From: an uncultured delta proteobacterium
Lineage (GTDB): Bacteria > Desulfobacterota > Syntrophia > Syntrophales > Smithellaceae
DNA length: 64,000 nucleotides
Direction: 5' to 3'
NCBI GenBank assembly: GCA_963753975.1
Contig: CAVWEH010000002.1
Location: 256,001 to 320,000, forward strand
Part shown: positions 1 to 10,126 of the stretch, piece by piece
Layout of the letters: every line of letters starts with the position of its first letter
How positions within the stretch are numbered: the first letter of the stretch is position 1
Program-made: the position numbers and the translations under genes
The notes under the pieces: generated by a model
Told to the model about the DNA's origin: nothing
Seen by the model: only the letters and a program-made list of their open reading frames with translations
Database searches by the model: none

Positions 1-1
1 T

Positions 2-766
2 TTCCGGAATATCGGATTCCGGTTTTTTCTCTTCGAGGCTAGCTCCCGATTGCTTATTCGATTCGGCCGACAGCTTTTCTTCAAACTGTTTCTTCCCTTC
101 TAAAACTGCATCGGCAAATTTAGAGGCAAACAGTTTTATCGCCCTGATCGCGTCATCATTTCCCGGAATAACATAATCGATATCATCCGGATCACAATTC
201 GTATCTACGATCGCCACTATCGGAATTTTTAATTTGTTCGCTTCTTTAACCGTTATGTGTTCGCGATTAGGATCGACAACAAAAACGGCCGCCGGATGCG
301 ATTTCAGATTTCTAATACCCCCCAGAACATTTTCCAGCTTGTCTTTCTCTTTCTGGAGCATCGTTATTTCCTTCTTCGGAAATGCCTTAATCGAATCATC
401 GCTAAACATGCCCGTTAAAGTATTAAGACGGTCGATGCTCTTTTTTATCGTAAAGAAATTCGTCAACATGCCCCCTAGCCAGCGCTGATTCACATAAGGC
501 ATGCCGCAACGCACAGCTTCTTCTTTGATCGCTTCCTGTGATTGCTTTTTAGTACCGACAAAAAGCACTTCTTTGCCCTGACCTACCGTATCAACAATGA
601 AATTGTAAGCAGTTTGAAACATGCCTACGGTTTGTTGCAGATCAATAATGTAAATATTATTTCTCGCCCCAAAAATATATGGTTTCATTTTGGGATTCCA
701 CTTGTTCGTTTGATGCCCGAAATGGACACCTGCTTCCAGTAAAAGTTTCATTGAAATTGCAGACAT
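2..766 (-). CDS. rpsB: 30S ribosomal protein S2, partial (3' end runs off the window)
   Basis: Manual translation from ATG at 766 gives [43 protein letters not shown], the S2 signature. AAGGAG SD lies upstream. Not in the ORF track because no stop falls in the window. Confidence 0.97.
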   Translation of the reverse strand, partial: MSAISMKLLLEAGVHFGHQTNKWNPKMKPYIFGARNNIYIIDLQQTVGMFQTAYNFIVDTVGQGKEVLFVGTKKQSQEAIKEEAVRCGMPYVNQRWLGGMLTNFFTIKKSIDRLNTLTGMFSDDSIKAFPKKEITMLQKEKDKLENVLGGIRNLKSHPAAVFVVDPNREHITVKEANKLKIPIVAIVDTNCDPDDIDYVIPGNDDAIRAIKLFASKFADAVLEGKKQFEEKLSAESNKQSGASLEEKKPESDIPE

Positions 767-787
767 AGTTTTCTCCTTATTTTGTTT

Positions 788-860
788 TTTCCTCCACCCT
801 TTTCAACTTACGCGGTACACTTTTAAAAAGCAACATACCGGCAATCCAAGGATGTGTGAA
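788..860 (-). promoter_or_regulatory. rpsB 5' leader (S2 autoregulatory / t44-like RNA)
   Basis: Minus strand reads CACACAUCCUU...AAGGGUGGAGG, a basal stem with the CACAC and UGGAGG boxes of S2 leaders, directly upstream of rpsB. Confidence 0.7.
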
Positions 861-952
861 ATTTGGTTCGCGGCAATTAACATAAATAACCTAAATGATC
901 AAGAGTTAATATATCTTTTAGCCCATAAAATTCTTATCTTTTTTGTCTTTAT

Positions 953-2152
953 CTAGGTCGAATACTCGGCGTTTATTTTAACATAGTCATAGGATAGATC
1001 AGAGGTGTAAACACAATATGATTTATCTCCTCCCCCCAACCCGATGCGCACATCGATTCGGTCTTTTTGAAAGATTTCTTTCAATTTATTTAAATTTAAA
1101 TTTGTTGGTGAATCTTGAGAAAATACCAATATACCTCCTATGGACAGGCTTACTCTTTCCTTTTCCAGAGGTATCCCGGACGAGCCCAGGGCAGCTATTA
1201 GCCTCCCCCAATTGGGATCTTCTCCAAAAAAAGACGTTTTGACTAAATTGGAGTTCGCCACGGCATAAGCCGCACGGCGAGCATCCGATCTGGATTTTGC
1301 TCCTTCAACATTTATTGATATAAATTTAGTTGCCCCTTCGCCGTCTTTGACAACTGCCTGGCAAAGTTCCATCAAAACATCGGAAAGCATATCGCGAAAA
1401 CGCTGCAGCCTGGCCTGAGCCCTTTCCAGGGGATTGTTGCCGGCTAAACCGTTAGCCAAAATAATCGCCATATCATTGGTACTCATACAACCGTCAATGC
1501 TAATGGAATTAAACGTGTTATCGATGGCCTGATGAAAAACCGTATTCAAGGCTTTGGAATCGATTAAAGCGTTGGTCATTACATAAGTCAGCAAAGTAGC
1601 CATATTGGGCTCGATCATGCCTGCTCCTTTGGCTATGCCGCAAATGATAATGTCTTTTGCTCCGACAATTCCTTTCCTTATGGCTATTTTCGGATATTTA
1701 TCGGTCGTCATCATCGCTTCTTCCGCGTCTTCAATACCAAACTCGTTCAATCCCTTGACCAGTTTGACCATACCGCCGGTTATCTTTTTAACTGGAAGCC
1801 TTTTCCCGATAATTCCTGTCGAACCCAGCAAGATAAGCTCTTCCTTAATCTGCAATTGACCGGCCAATGCGGCCGACACAGTTAAAGCATCCTTATAACC
1901 TTCTTTACCCGTTGCGGCATTAGCACATCCGCTATTGGTAATTATAGCCTGGGCAGTTCCTTTCTTAACACGCTCGGCGTCAATTAACAGCGGCGCGGCT
2001 CTAAAAGAATTCTTGGTAAATACGGCTGCTACCCTCGCCGGTACGGTTGAATAAATTAAAGCAAGGTCTTTCTGATCCGCATCTTTAATGCCTGCTGAAA
2101 TTCCATTGGCTAAAAAACCGGGAACGCTGACTCTATTTTTGTTTTTTTGCAT
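953..2152 (-). CDS. argJ: Ornithine acetyltransferase / N-acetylglutamate synthase
   Basis: Motifs NSGCANAATG, MMTTD, KGAGMIEPNMATLL, DGCMSTND, KDGEGATK and DPNWGR. Start reassigned to MQKNK (2152) behind a GAGGAG SD. Confidence 0.96.
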   Translation of the reverse strand: MQKNKNRVSVPGFLANGISAGIKDADQKDLALIYSTVPARVAAVFTKNSFRAAPLLIDAERVKKGTAQAIITNSGCANAATGKEGYKDALTVSAALAGQLQIKEELILLGSTGIIGKRLPVKKITGGMVKLVKGLNEFGIEDAEEAMMTTDKYPKIAIRKGIVGAKDIIICGIAKGAGMIEPNMATLLTYVMTNALIDSKALNTVFHQAIDNTFNSISIDGCMSTNDMAIILANGLAGNNPLERAQARLQRFRDMLSDVLMELCQAVVKDGEGATKFISINVEGAKSRSDARRAAYAVANSNLVKTSFFGEDPNWGRLIAALGSSGIPLEKERVSLSIGGILVFSQDSPTNLNLNKLKEIFQKDRIDVRIGLGGGDKSYCVYTSDLSYDYVKINAEYST

Positions 2153-2177
2153 GAAACCTTCTCCTCTATTGAATAAC

Positions 2178-4697
2178 TTAGGCGCCGCAGCATTTTTTAT
2201 ATTTTTTACCGCTTCCACAGGGACAAGGTTCATTCCTCCCCACTTTACCGCTTTCATGTTTAATTGTTTGTGCGGCAGGGATATCTTCTCCGCGGCTTAA
2301 AACGTAATCCTCTTTTTGTTTTCTCCTGATGTTTTCCACTTCATCCTCTCTCTGTATTCGAACCAAACAGAGTTTTTCCAATGTATCCATTTTTATATGG
2401 AAAATCATTTCCATGAACATTTCATAACCTTCGCGTTGATACTCTCTCACGGGATCCTTTTGTCCGTAACCACGCAGGCCAATCCCCTCTCTTAAGTGAT
2501 CCATGGCCAACAAATGTTCTTTCCAGTGGGCATCGATAGCCTGAAGCATGATTACTTTCATCAAGTAATCCATTAATTCCTTGCCGAAATTTTTTTCTTT
2601 TTCGTGTAAGAGATTCAAGACATTTTCAATTATAACTTCCCGGATAGGTTGAGCGGAAACTTTTTGGTCTGAATTAGCCAGATTACGCTTTAAATTGAAT
2701 TGCTTAAATATGGCATCATCAAGTCCTTTAAAATTATGGTCATCGGTATGACCTTTATCATCTATGTATTCGAATAAAAGATCATCAGCGATTTCTTCGA
2801 CCATTTCTTCAATATCAGCCCATAAGTTGTCACCACGTAACACCTTTTTCCTTTGTTCATAGATGACTCTCCTTTGTCTATTCATCACGTCATCATAATC
2901 CAAAAGATGTTTGCGAATATCAAAGTTTTGTCCTTCCACGCGCTTCTGGGCATTTTCAATAGCCCGGGAAATATATTTATGTTCGATCGGTTGATCTTCC
3001 TCGATACCGATCCTGTCCATGATCGATGATATTCTATCGGCTCCGAATATACGCAGTAGGTCATCCTGCAAAGAGAGATAAAAACGGGAAGAACCGTCAT
3101 CGCCCTGACGTCCCGAGCGGCCTCTTAATTGATTGTCAATGCGCCGGCTTTCATGCCGTTCCGTACCTAATATGTGCAGGCCGCCTATTTCGGCAACCTT
3201 TTCGCCTAAACGAATATCCGTTCCGCGGCCGGCCATATTGGTAGAAATGGTAACCATGCCCGGCTGTCCGGCTTGAGCCACTATTTCGGCTTCTTTTTCA
3301 TGATTTTTAGCATTCAAAACATAATGCTTAATACCGGCACGGGTAAGATATTTACTTAACAATTCTGATTTTTCGATGGAAATAGTTCCAATCAGCACCG
3401 GCCTTTTCGCCTTATTCAGAGCCCTGACTTCTTCGATAACAGCCTTAATCTTTTCTTTTTCAGTTTTGTAAATAAGATCATTATTATCTTTACGAATCAT
3501 CGGCATATTGGTCGGCACGACAACAACATCCAAATTATATATTTTCTTAAATTCCGCCGCTTCTGTGTCGGCAGTTCCTGTCATACCGGCCAGTTTTTTG
3601 TACATTCTAAAATAATTTTGAAAGGTTATCGAAGCGAGTGTTTGATTTTCTTTCTCCACTTTTACTTTTTCCTTGGCTTCCAGCGCCTGATGCAAACCAT
3701 CACTGTAACGTCTTCCGGGCATAACTCTTCCGGTGAATTCATCAACAATGATAACTTGCCCATCTTTCACGAGATAATCGACATCCCTCTTGAACAAAGT
3801 ATGGGCGCGCAGAGCTTGATTTACATGATGAACAATTTCAATATTTCGCGGTTCGTAAAGATTTTGCACATTTAAAAATCCCTCGACATGCGCAACTCCT
3901 TCTTCCGTCAGAACAACCGTACGGCTCTTTTCATCGATCGTATAATCTTTATCTTTTTTTAATCGCGGGATTATCTGGTTTATTTTATTGTATTTATCCG
4001 TTGATTCTTCGGATGGCCCGGAAATAATCAAAGGGGTTCTGGCTTCGTCGATGAGAATACTATCCACTTCATCGACTATGGCATAATTAAACTCACGCTG
4101 AACGTAATCCTCAAGGTTAAACTTCATATTATCGCGAAGATAATCGAACCCAAATTCGTTATTAGTGCCGTAGGTGATATCGGCCTGATATTCTTTTCTT
4201 CGTTCATCATCGTCCAGGCCGTGGATGATTACTCCTACACTTAAACCCAGAAAGTGATAAATCGGCCCCATCCATTCCGCATCTCTTTTGGCCAAATAAT
4301 CATTTACGGTAACAACATGGCAGCCTTTCCCTTCCAGCGCATTGAGATACAAAGGCATCGTCGCAGCGAGCGTTTTCCCTTCACCTGTTTTCATTTCCGC
4401 GATTTTTCCTTCATGCAATACAATTCCACCGATTACCTGAACATCAAACGGACGCATCAATAAAGCACGGCGTGACACTTCTCTGGCCACGGCGAATGCT
4501 TCCGTTAGAATATCATCAAGATTTGAACCATTTTTTAACTTTTCTTTGAAATAAGGAGTTTTCGCTTGCAATTCTTCGTCAGCCAAAGACATCATTAACG
4601 GCTCAAAATTATTTACTTCCTCTAACAGCAACGCATACCGCTTCAATTCACGATCATTCTTCGTCCCCACAATTTTTTTCAATATCATTTCGATCAT
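2178..4697 (-). CDS. secA: Preprotein translocase ATPase SecA
   Basis: [48 protein letters not shown] and the C-terminal SEC-C motif [13 protein letters not shown]. Confidence 0.99.
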   Translation of the reverse strand: MIEMILKKIVGTKNDRELKRYALLLEEVNNFEPLMMSLADEELQAKTPYFKEKLKNGSNLDDILTEAFAVAREVSRRALLMRPFDVQVIGGIVLHEGKIAEMKTGEGKTLAATMPLYLNALEGKGCHVVTVNDYLAKRDAEWMGPIYHFLGLSVGVIIHGLDDDERRKEYQADITYGTNNEFGFDYLRDNMKFNLEDYVQREFNYAIVDEVDSILIDEARTPLIISGPSEESTDKYNKINQIIPRLKKDKDYTIDEKSRTVVLTEEGVAHVEGFLNVQNLYEPRNIEIVHHVNQALRAHTLFKRDVDYLVKDGQVIIVDEFTGRVMPGRRYSDGLHQALEAKEKVKVEKENQTLASITFQNYFRMYKKLAGMTGTADTEAAEFKKIYNLDVVVVPTNMPMIRKDNNDLIYKTEKEKIKAVIEEVRALNKAKRPVLIGTISIEKSELLSKYLTRAGIKHYVLNAKNHEKEAEIVAQAGQPGMVTISTNMAGRGTDIRLGEKVAEIGGLHILGTERHESRRIDNQLRGRSGRQGDDGSSRFYLSLQDDLLRIFGADRISSIMDRIGIEEDQPIEHKYISRAIENAQKRVEGQNFDIRKHLLDYDDVMNRQRRVIYEQRKKVLRGDNLWADIEEMVEEIADDLLFEYIDDKGHTDDHNFKGLDDAIFKQFNLKRNLANSDQKVSAQPIREVIIENVLNLLHEKEKNFGKELMDYLMKVIMLQAIDAHWKEHLLAMDHLREGIGLRGYGQKDPVREYQREGYEMFMEMIFHIKMDTLEKLCLVRIQREDEVENIRRKQKEDYVLSRGEDIPAAQTIKHESGKVGRNEPCPCGSGKKYKKCCGA

Positions 4698-4716
4698 TGC
4701 TAACCCTAACCTTACT

Positions 4717-4742
4717 AAAAAAAAACCGGTATATTTACCGGC
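4717..4742 (-). terminator. Intrinsic terminator-like hairpin between the M23 gene and secA
   Basis: Minus strand GCCGGUA-AAUA-UACCGGU followed by a U run. Confidence 0.6.
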
Positions 4743-4878
4743 TGATTCGAGAAAATTGATTTGTTAATAACAAAATATCAGACCATGAGGCGGAATTTTC
4801 GGCAAAGAAAACGATTATTTTTATTTTGCTCCTTAATTATCGCCATAATATGAAAATCGCATTTTGCACTTCCGCTTT

Positions 4879-5793
4879 TTAGAACTTATTTTTCAAGTAC
4901 CTTTGTGGATTGACAGGGACCCTATTAACAAAAACAGCGTAGTGAAGATGCGAACCTGTACTGCGGCCGGTATCGCCGACATAGCCTATTACGTCTCCTC
5001 TTTTAACTCTTACTCCGTATTTTACGGCTATCTTCGATAAATGGGCATAGGCGGTAACCAAACCGTGGCCATGATCTATTTTTACTAAATTGCCGTCTTG
5101 AGAATGATAAGAAGCATCAATCACCAGCCCGTCCGCTGTGGCCAGCACTTCTTTTCCGTATCTGGTAGCTATATCCAATCCTTTATGAAATTCAACTCCG
5201 GATGAAAAAGGCGATTCTCTTGCACCAAAACCAGAAGTTATCCACCCTCTAACCGGCCAGATAGAAGGTGTAGAAGCAAGAATTGACTTTTGTTCGCGTA
5301 AGAAAGCTAATAACTCGTTGAAACTCTTTTCCCGGTAATTAGCATCTTCATTTAACGAAGAGATGCTTTTGCGCATCCCATAGATCAACTTCTGTTGATC
5401 TTTATCCAATAATTCTTTCAATCTTGTTTCAGTATTAGCTGCTCCGCCAATACCCAATGGCAGTTTTTTATCTCGTCCTGTTTGATGGCTGGCTAATATT
5501 CTAATCTTTGTATCAACTTGTCTGAGTTCCTCCATGCGATCGGAAAAATCATCCACCCGCAGGGCCAAATCTTGAACTTGCTGAGATTGTTCTTTATTTA
5601 GTTCCCTTAACCTGACCAATTCCGCCCTATCCCTTTTTATACTCGCATAATCATACATGAAATAAAGGGATATGAGGATGGCTACGAAAGAAACTACAAA
5701 AAAAATGCTGACTAAAATTCTGGGGAACGATACTTTTCTTACCGCGCTGTTCGTACGCGAAATAACCATTAATGTAAACAAGTTACCCGACAT
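4879..5793 (-). CDS. M23 family peptidoglycan metalloendopeptidase with N-terminal TM helix and coiled coil
   Basis: HKGLD (HxxxD), YAHL and GRSTGSHLHY (HxH). Start reassigned to MSGNLF. Confidence 0.92.
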   Translation of the reverse strand: MSGNLFTLMVISRTNSAVRKVSFPRILVSIFFVVSFVAILISLYFMYDYASIKRDRAELVRLRELNKEQSQQVQDLALRVDDFSDRMEELRQVDTKIRILASHQTGRDKKLPLGIGGAANTETRLKELLDKDQQKLIYGMRKSISSLNEDANYREKSFNELLAFLREQKSILASTPSIWPVRGWITSGFGARESPFSSGVEFHKGLDIATRYGKEVLATADGLVIDASYHSQDGNLVKIDHGHGLVTAYAHLSKIAVKYGVRVKRGDVIGYVGDTGRSTGSHLHYAVFVNRVPVNPQRYLKNKF

Positions 5794-6161
5794 TTTTTCT
5801 TTCAATATAGTCTTGAAGGATCGCCACATCAACATAAGCCTTTTACCTATCATAAAAGAGAGAAAAGTCAAGGATTACTAATTATTAGTCAGTTTTTTAA
5901 TTTATTCGGATTTAGACCACCTGCTGAACGATTTTTTATCAAATTACGGATTTCTTATATTCGTTATCTATACTTATGCCGTTAGTATCTCAGGATGTCA
6001 AGGAAATTTTAGGCACTTTTTTGAAAACATTTTTACGAAAATAGCGAGAAATTATTGATTGTTTAGTGATATTTTTGTAATTACTCAAGTAGCAATCAAA
6101 TATTTCTTATTGAAATTGCACCTTTTTTCCATTAAAAGAATAAAAAAATAAGTTTAACTGT

Positions 6162-6902
6162 TTGGTGAAAACTATAAAATCTTCCAGAATTTATTTATTA
6201 TTGATTGTCCTTTTTGTGATTCTTTCGTTATCGGCTTGTTTATTTCGTCCTTCAGCCTCCAAACTTAATCCTGATGCCTTATTTTCCTCTCTGGAAAACA
6301 AAATTGGTAAATCTTACCAGGTTATTCTAGTAACAACTAGTAAATCATTTTTCTTTTCGGAACAAAAAGTTTACACCATGGAAAAAATTAACAATCAATG
6401 GAAATCGGTTTTCGAGCCTTTTGATGCCGTAATCGGAAAGAATGGTTTTGCCGAGCTCGGAGAAAAAAGAGAAGGGGACGGTAAAACCCCTTCCGGCATC
6501 TATCCTCTTAAAATTACTTTCGGCTACGATGAATCTATAAAAACAAAAATGCCCTATCGTCAGGCCTTAGCTGGGGATTTATGGGTTGATGATGTAAATG
6601 CCGACGATTATAACCGCTGGGTAAAAAAAGAAAAAACGCAAGCTAAGTCCTATGAAAAAATGAAACGTGATGATAATTTCTATAAATATGGTATCGTCAT
6701 CGAATATAACACCAAACCTGTCATCAAAGGATACGGCAGTGCTATCTTCTTCCACGTTTGGGGTGGAGAGAATATAACTACCGAGGGATGTGTGGCTGTT
6801 TCCGAAGAAAGCATTATTAAAATTCTGGAATGGCTTGATCCAAAGGCAGAACCGCTTATTATTATGGGAATCGAAGAGACAACGTGGAGGCTTCCTCAAT
6901 GA
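6162..6902 (+). CDS. L,D-transpeptidase (YkuD-like) family lipoprotein
   Basis: Lipobox LSAC, KREGDGKTPSG and the catalytic-type motif GSAIFFH...TEGCVA. Start codon uncertain (TTG 6162 or GTG 6165). Confidence 0.88.
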   Translation: MVKTIKSSRIYLLLIVLFVILSLSACLFRPSASKLNPDALFSSLENKIGKSYQVILVTTSKSFFFSEQKVYTMEKINNQWKSVFEPFDAVIGKNGFAELGEKREGDGKTPSGIYPLKITFGYDESIKTKMPYRQALAGDLWVDDVNADDYNRWVKKEKTQAKSYEKMKRDDNFYKYGIVIEYNTKPVIKGYGSAIFFHVWGGENITTEGCVAVSEESIIKILEWLDPKAEPLIIMGIEETTWRLPQ

Positions 6903-7666
6903 AAACAAAGTTTGCAATTACCATATTTATCTTTATAGCTTTATCTTTCCCGCAATTCATAGTTAGTTCATATTGCGCAGACAAAATCCCGGAAGGCTTT
7001 GTCGATATAAAAGAAGTGATTCCCGAAATACAGCTCGATATTCGTTATTTCGGCCCGCATAATTTTGTCGGAGAAAGAGTTGACGGCTATCTGGCGCCGA
7101 AATGTATTCTTACCGAAGAAGCCGCCGAAGCGCTCTTAAAAGTTCAAAAAGATTTGGAACCATTTTCACTGACACTGAAAATTTACGATTGTTACCGCCC
7201 ACAACGCGCAGTGGACCATTTCGTGCGCTGGGCCAAAGAGATCGAAAACATCAAAACCAGAAAGGAATTCTATCCGACAGTGGATAAAAGAAATCTTTTC
7301 TCAGATGGCTACATCGATGCTAAATCCGGTCACAGCCGTGGTAGCACCATTGACCTCACTATTGTCCCCTTCCCTGTGCCCAAACAGGAAGTCTATGTGC
7401 CCGGCCAGAAATTACATGAATGCTATTTACCTTTCAACAAGAGGTTCCGTGACAACAGTATCGACATGGGAACCGGCTTCGATTGTTTTAATAACCTGTC
7501 GCATACAGCCAATAAAAACATCGGCTATCAGCAAAAAATTAACCGGCTTCTGCTCAAAACGCTCATGGAAAAACATGGATTTAAAAATTATGATCTGGAG
7601 TGGTGGCACTATACACTGAAAAATGAACCCTATCCGGACACATATTTTGATTTTGCAATTGAGTGA
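6899..7666 (+). CDS. Exported D-Ala-D-Ala dipeptidase (VanX/DdpX, peptidase M15D)
   Basis: Signal peptide; YDCYRP, SGHSRGSTID, DMGTGFD and EWWH. ATGA overlap with the upstream stop. Confidence 0.92.
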   Translation: MKTKFAITIFIFIALSFPQFIVSSYCADKIPEGFVDIKEVIPEIQLDIRYFGPHNFVGERVDGYLAPKCILTEEAAEALLKVQKDLEPFSLTLKIYDCYRPQRAVDHFVRWAKEIENIKTRKEFYPTVDKRNLFSDGYIDAKSGHSRGSTIDLTIVPFPVPKQEVYVPGQKLHECYLPFNKRFRDNSIDMGTGFDCFNNLSHTANKNIGYQQKINRLLLKTLMEKHGFKNYDLEWWHYTLKNEPYPDTYFDFAIE

Positions 7667-7671
7667 GGAAA

Positions 7672-8904
7672 ATGAATAACAAATATCCTTCATTTTTAAA
7701 GTCTTACGGCTTTTCCATCATCCTGATTATATCCATCGTTATCGGCGCGATTATCGGAATTATTTTCAAAAAAGATGCCGCGATCTTAAAGCCATTCGGT
7801 GATATTTTCTTAAATCTTCTCTTTACGGCCATTATTCCGCTTGTCTTTTTCTCCATATCGTCGGCTGTCGCCGGAATGACCAATATCCGGCGCTTAGGAA
7901 AAATCTTATCCGCGATGATACTTGTGTTCGTAATCACCGGCGTGATTGCTTCAATTGTCATGCTGATCGGAGTTATACTTTACCCTCCGGCAGTCGGTGT
8001 CCATGTTAACTTTGGCAACGGCGTAAATGTCGAACACTTTAAAGCCTCCGATCAAATAGTGAAGGCTTTTACAGTCAGCGATTTTACCGATCTTTTATCC
8101 AAGAAAAATATGCTGGCGCTTATCATCTTTGCCGTTCTCACGGGACTGGCGACTTCAGCATCCGGCGAACGCGGTAAGAATTTCGCCAATTTCCTGACCT
8201 CGGCAAGTCAGGTTATGATGAAACTAATTTTCTTCATCATGTACTATGCACCGATCGGTCTTTGCGCTTACTTCGCCTATCTCGTCGGCGTCTTCGGGCC
8301 GGAACTCCTGGGCTCATACGCCAGAGTTGTGACTTTTATATTACCCGACAGCTATTTTGTACTACTTTATTGCCTTCACTCTTTATGTCTTTGTAGCAGC
8401 CGGAAACGAAGGTCTGCGGCGTTTTTGGCGCAACATCATACCGCCGTCTCTTATTGCTCTGGCCACAGGAAGCTCTATAGCCACAATCCCGCCAATCTGG
8501 AAGCAGCAGACAAAACCGGTGTGCCCCAGGAAATCAGCGAGTTTGTCATTCCCGTCGGCGCGACCATGCATATGGAGGGCTCCTGCCTTGCCGCTGTTGT
8601 GAAGATTGCCTTTCTCTTTGGGATATTTAATATGAGTTTTTCAGGAGTCGAAACTATCGCGACAGCGCTAGGTATAGCACTTCTCGTCGGGGTAGTGGTG
8701 AGCGGCATACCAGGAGGCGGCACAATCGGCGAAATTCTAATAATTTCCGTTTATGGCTTTCCGATGGAATCCTTCCCGCTTATCACTATGATCGGCACGC
8801 TGGTTGACGCTCCGGCAACAATGGTCAACGCCGTCGGCGATAATGTTTCCAGTATCCTGGTGGCGCGAATAATGGGCGGCAAGGATTGGATGAAAGAAGT
8901 TTAA
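7672..8904 (+). CDS. Dicarboxylate/amino acid:cation symporter (DAACS family) with an internal compensated frameshift
   Basis: KPFGDIFLNLL, YAPIG, PVGATMHMEG and TMVNAVGD. The family motif ATGSSIATIP appears only in the +1 frame, at about 8340-8490. Confidence 0.88.
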   Translation: MNNKYPSFLKSYGFSIILIISIVIGAIIGIIFKKDAAILKPFGDIFLNLLFTAIIPLVFFSISSAVAGMTNIRRLGKILSAMILVFVITGVIASIVMLIGVILYPPAVGVHVNFGNGVNVEHFKASDQIVKAFTVSDFTDLLSKKNMLALIIFAVLTGLATSASGERGKNFANFLTSASQVMMKLIFFIMYYAPIGLCAYFAYLVGVFGPELLGSYARVVTFILPDSYFVLLYCLHSLCLCSSRKRRSAAFLAQHHTAVSYCSGHRKLYSHNPANLEAADKTGVPQEISEFVIPVGATMHMEGSCLAAVVKIAFLFGIFNMSFSGVETIATALGIALLVGVVVSGIPGGGTIGEILIISVYGFPMESFPLITMIGTLVDAPATMVNAVGDNVSSILVARIMGGKDWMKEV

Positions 8905-9047
8905 AATTATCAAATGACAAATTTTTTATGTTTTATGATATATAATTTATCGGGAAAAGCGAAGTTCGTATATTGATTGTTATACTTTTGAAATATTAAT
9001 CGACAGTTTTAGTTCTGAATTCAGCGTAAATATTTTAACAACGAACA

Positions 9048-9653
9048 ATGACTAACAAAATTAAAAAATCAACAAATAAAAAACTAAAAGAACTACATCG
9101 TATAATTGCACCTTGCCTGAAGTGGGAATTTATTACGACGGCAATCCTTATCATCATAGCTTTAGTAACAGTCATAAAAGCATGCCAAACCACAACTTCA
9201 TACAAAGACAGCATTCTTCATGAAATTAATAACGCAAGAAATATACTTGACTACACCATGGCACAAAGACGGCAAAACGTGAGAAATCGCGCAAATTTTT
9301 CTCTTCAACATTATGTTCATGTTTCAGAATCATTTGCCGATAATCTGCCACTAAAAAATAGTATAATTTCTTTGTATGAAGCATTATCAGCCGCCCAAAA
9401 AAGTGCTGAAGAACTAAGGTTATTGTTATTGCAAAGTGACTCAAACCCACAAACTGTACGGAACAGAGAGGATGATATAAAGCGTGCTATAAGTTTCGCC
9501 GACAAAGTTGGTCCAGAACTTGCCAAACATATTAGTGGCTCTTGGAATCTTCCGCCGCAGAATATGTCAAATGAAGACCGCATAAAATATTACGAGACTA
9601 AACTTCTTGTTATTACCTCAGCAGCAACCGATAGCGAAGTAAAATATAAATAA
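9048..9653 (+). CDS. Hypothetical protein with one N-terminal TM helix
   Basis: AT-rich 201-aa ORF with a basic N-terminus and a hydrophobic segment. No motif recognised. Confidence 0.65.
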   Translation: MTNKIKKSTNKKLKELHRIIAPCLKWEFITTAILIIIALVTVIKACQTTTSYKDSILHEINNARNILDYTMAQRRQNVRNRANFSLQHYVHVSESFADNLPLKNSIISLYEALSAAQKSAEELRLLLLQSDSNPQTVRNREDDIKRAISFADKVGPELAKHISGSWNLPPQNMSNEDRIKYYETKLLVITSAATDSEVKYK

Positions 9654-9757
9654 ACACAAAGGTATTGCCACCGTACGTTGGTAGCCATACTATTGAAAAT
9701 CAACAAGCGCGCTTTAAACTAGTACTATTATCCCTCTTGGATAGCCCCGAAAGCTTC

Positions 9758-9787
9758 TTGACAAATATTCGGCATTGCCCGTATTTT
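9758..9787 (+). promoter_or_regulatory. sigma70-like promoter of the small Cys-rich gene
   Basis: TTGACA-N18-TATTTT. Confidence 0.5.
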
Positions 9788-9793
9788 ATGTAC

Positions 9794-10081
9794 ATGAACA
9801 TCTGCCACAAATGCGATAAAGAAATCGCCGAGGATTTTTTTGTCGGCAGGCAAGCACAATGCCCCTCCTGCGGAGCTGATTTGCATTGTTGCCTCAACTG
9901 CTCATTTTACGATGTCGGTTCTTATAATGACTGCTGCGAACCTCAAGCCGAAAGAGTGCTGGACAAAAGCCGCTCCAATTTTTGTGATTTTTTCAGATTC
10001 AAACAAACAGCAAATACTCCCGGCGCGGCTGATTCCGGCGCTAAAGACAAACTGGAAGGGTTATTTAAGAAGAGCTCATAG
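9794..10081 (+). CDS. Small Cys-rich, probably metal-binding hypothetical protein
   Basis: CHKC-x13-CPSC-x5-CCLNC-x9-CCE...NFCDFF. Start reassigned to MNICHKC. Confidence 0.8.
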   Translation: MNICHKCDKEIAEDFFVGRQAQCPSCGADLHCCLNCSFYDVGSYNDCCEPQAERVLDKSRSNFCDFFRFKQTANTPGAADSGAKDKLEGLFKKSS

Positions 10082-10126
10082 CGCGACACAGGATTGACCC
10101 GCAATGAGCGATTTAGACGTCAACAA

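Noticed and set aside
234..742. Short + strand ORFs over rpsB, and the many antisense or nested ORFs in the track (e.g. 14609-15148, 38098-38640, 51418-51972, 35527-35841)
   Set aside because: Shadows of well-supported genes or RNA elements on the other strand or frame, with no motifs of their own.
6899..7666. Vancomycin resistance cluster
   Set aside because: No vanH, vanA or vanRS nearby, the protein appears exported, and the Ddl-like gene is 43 kb away and atypical.
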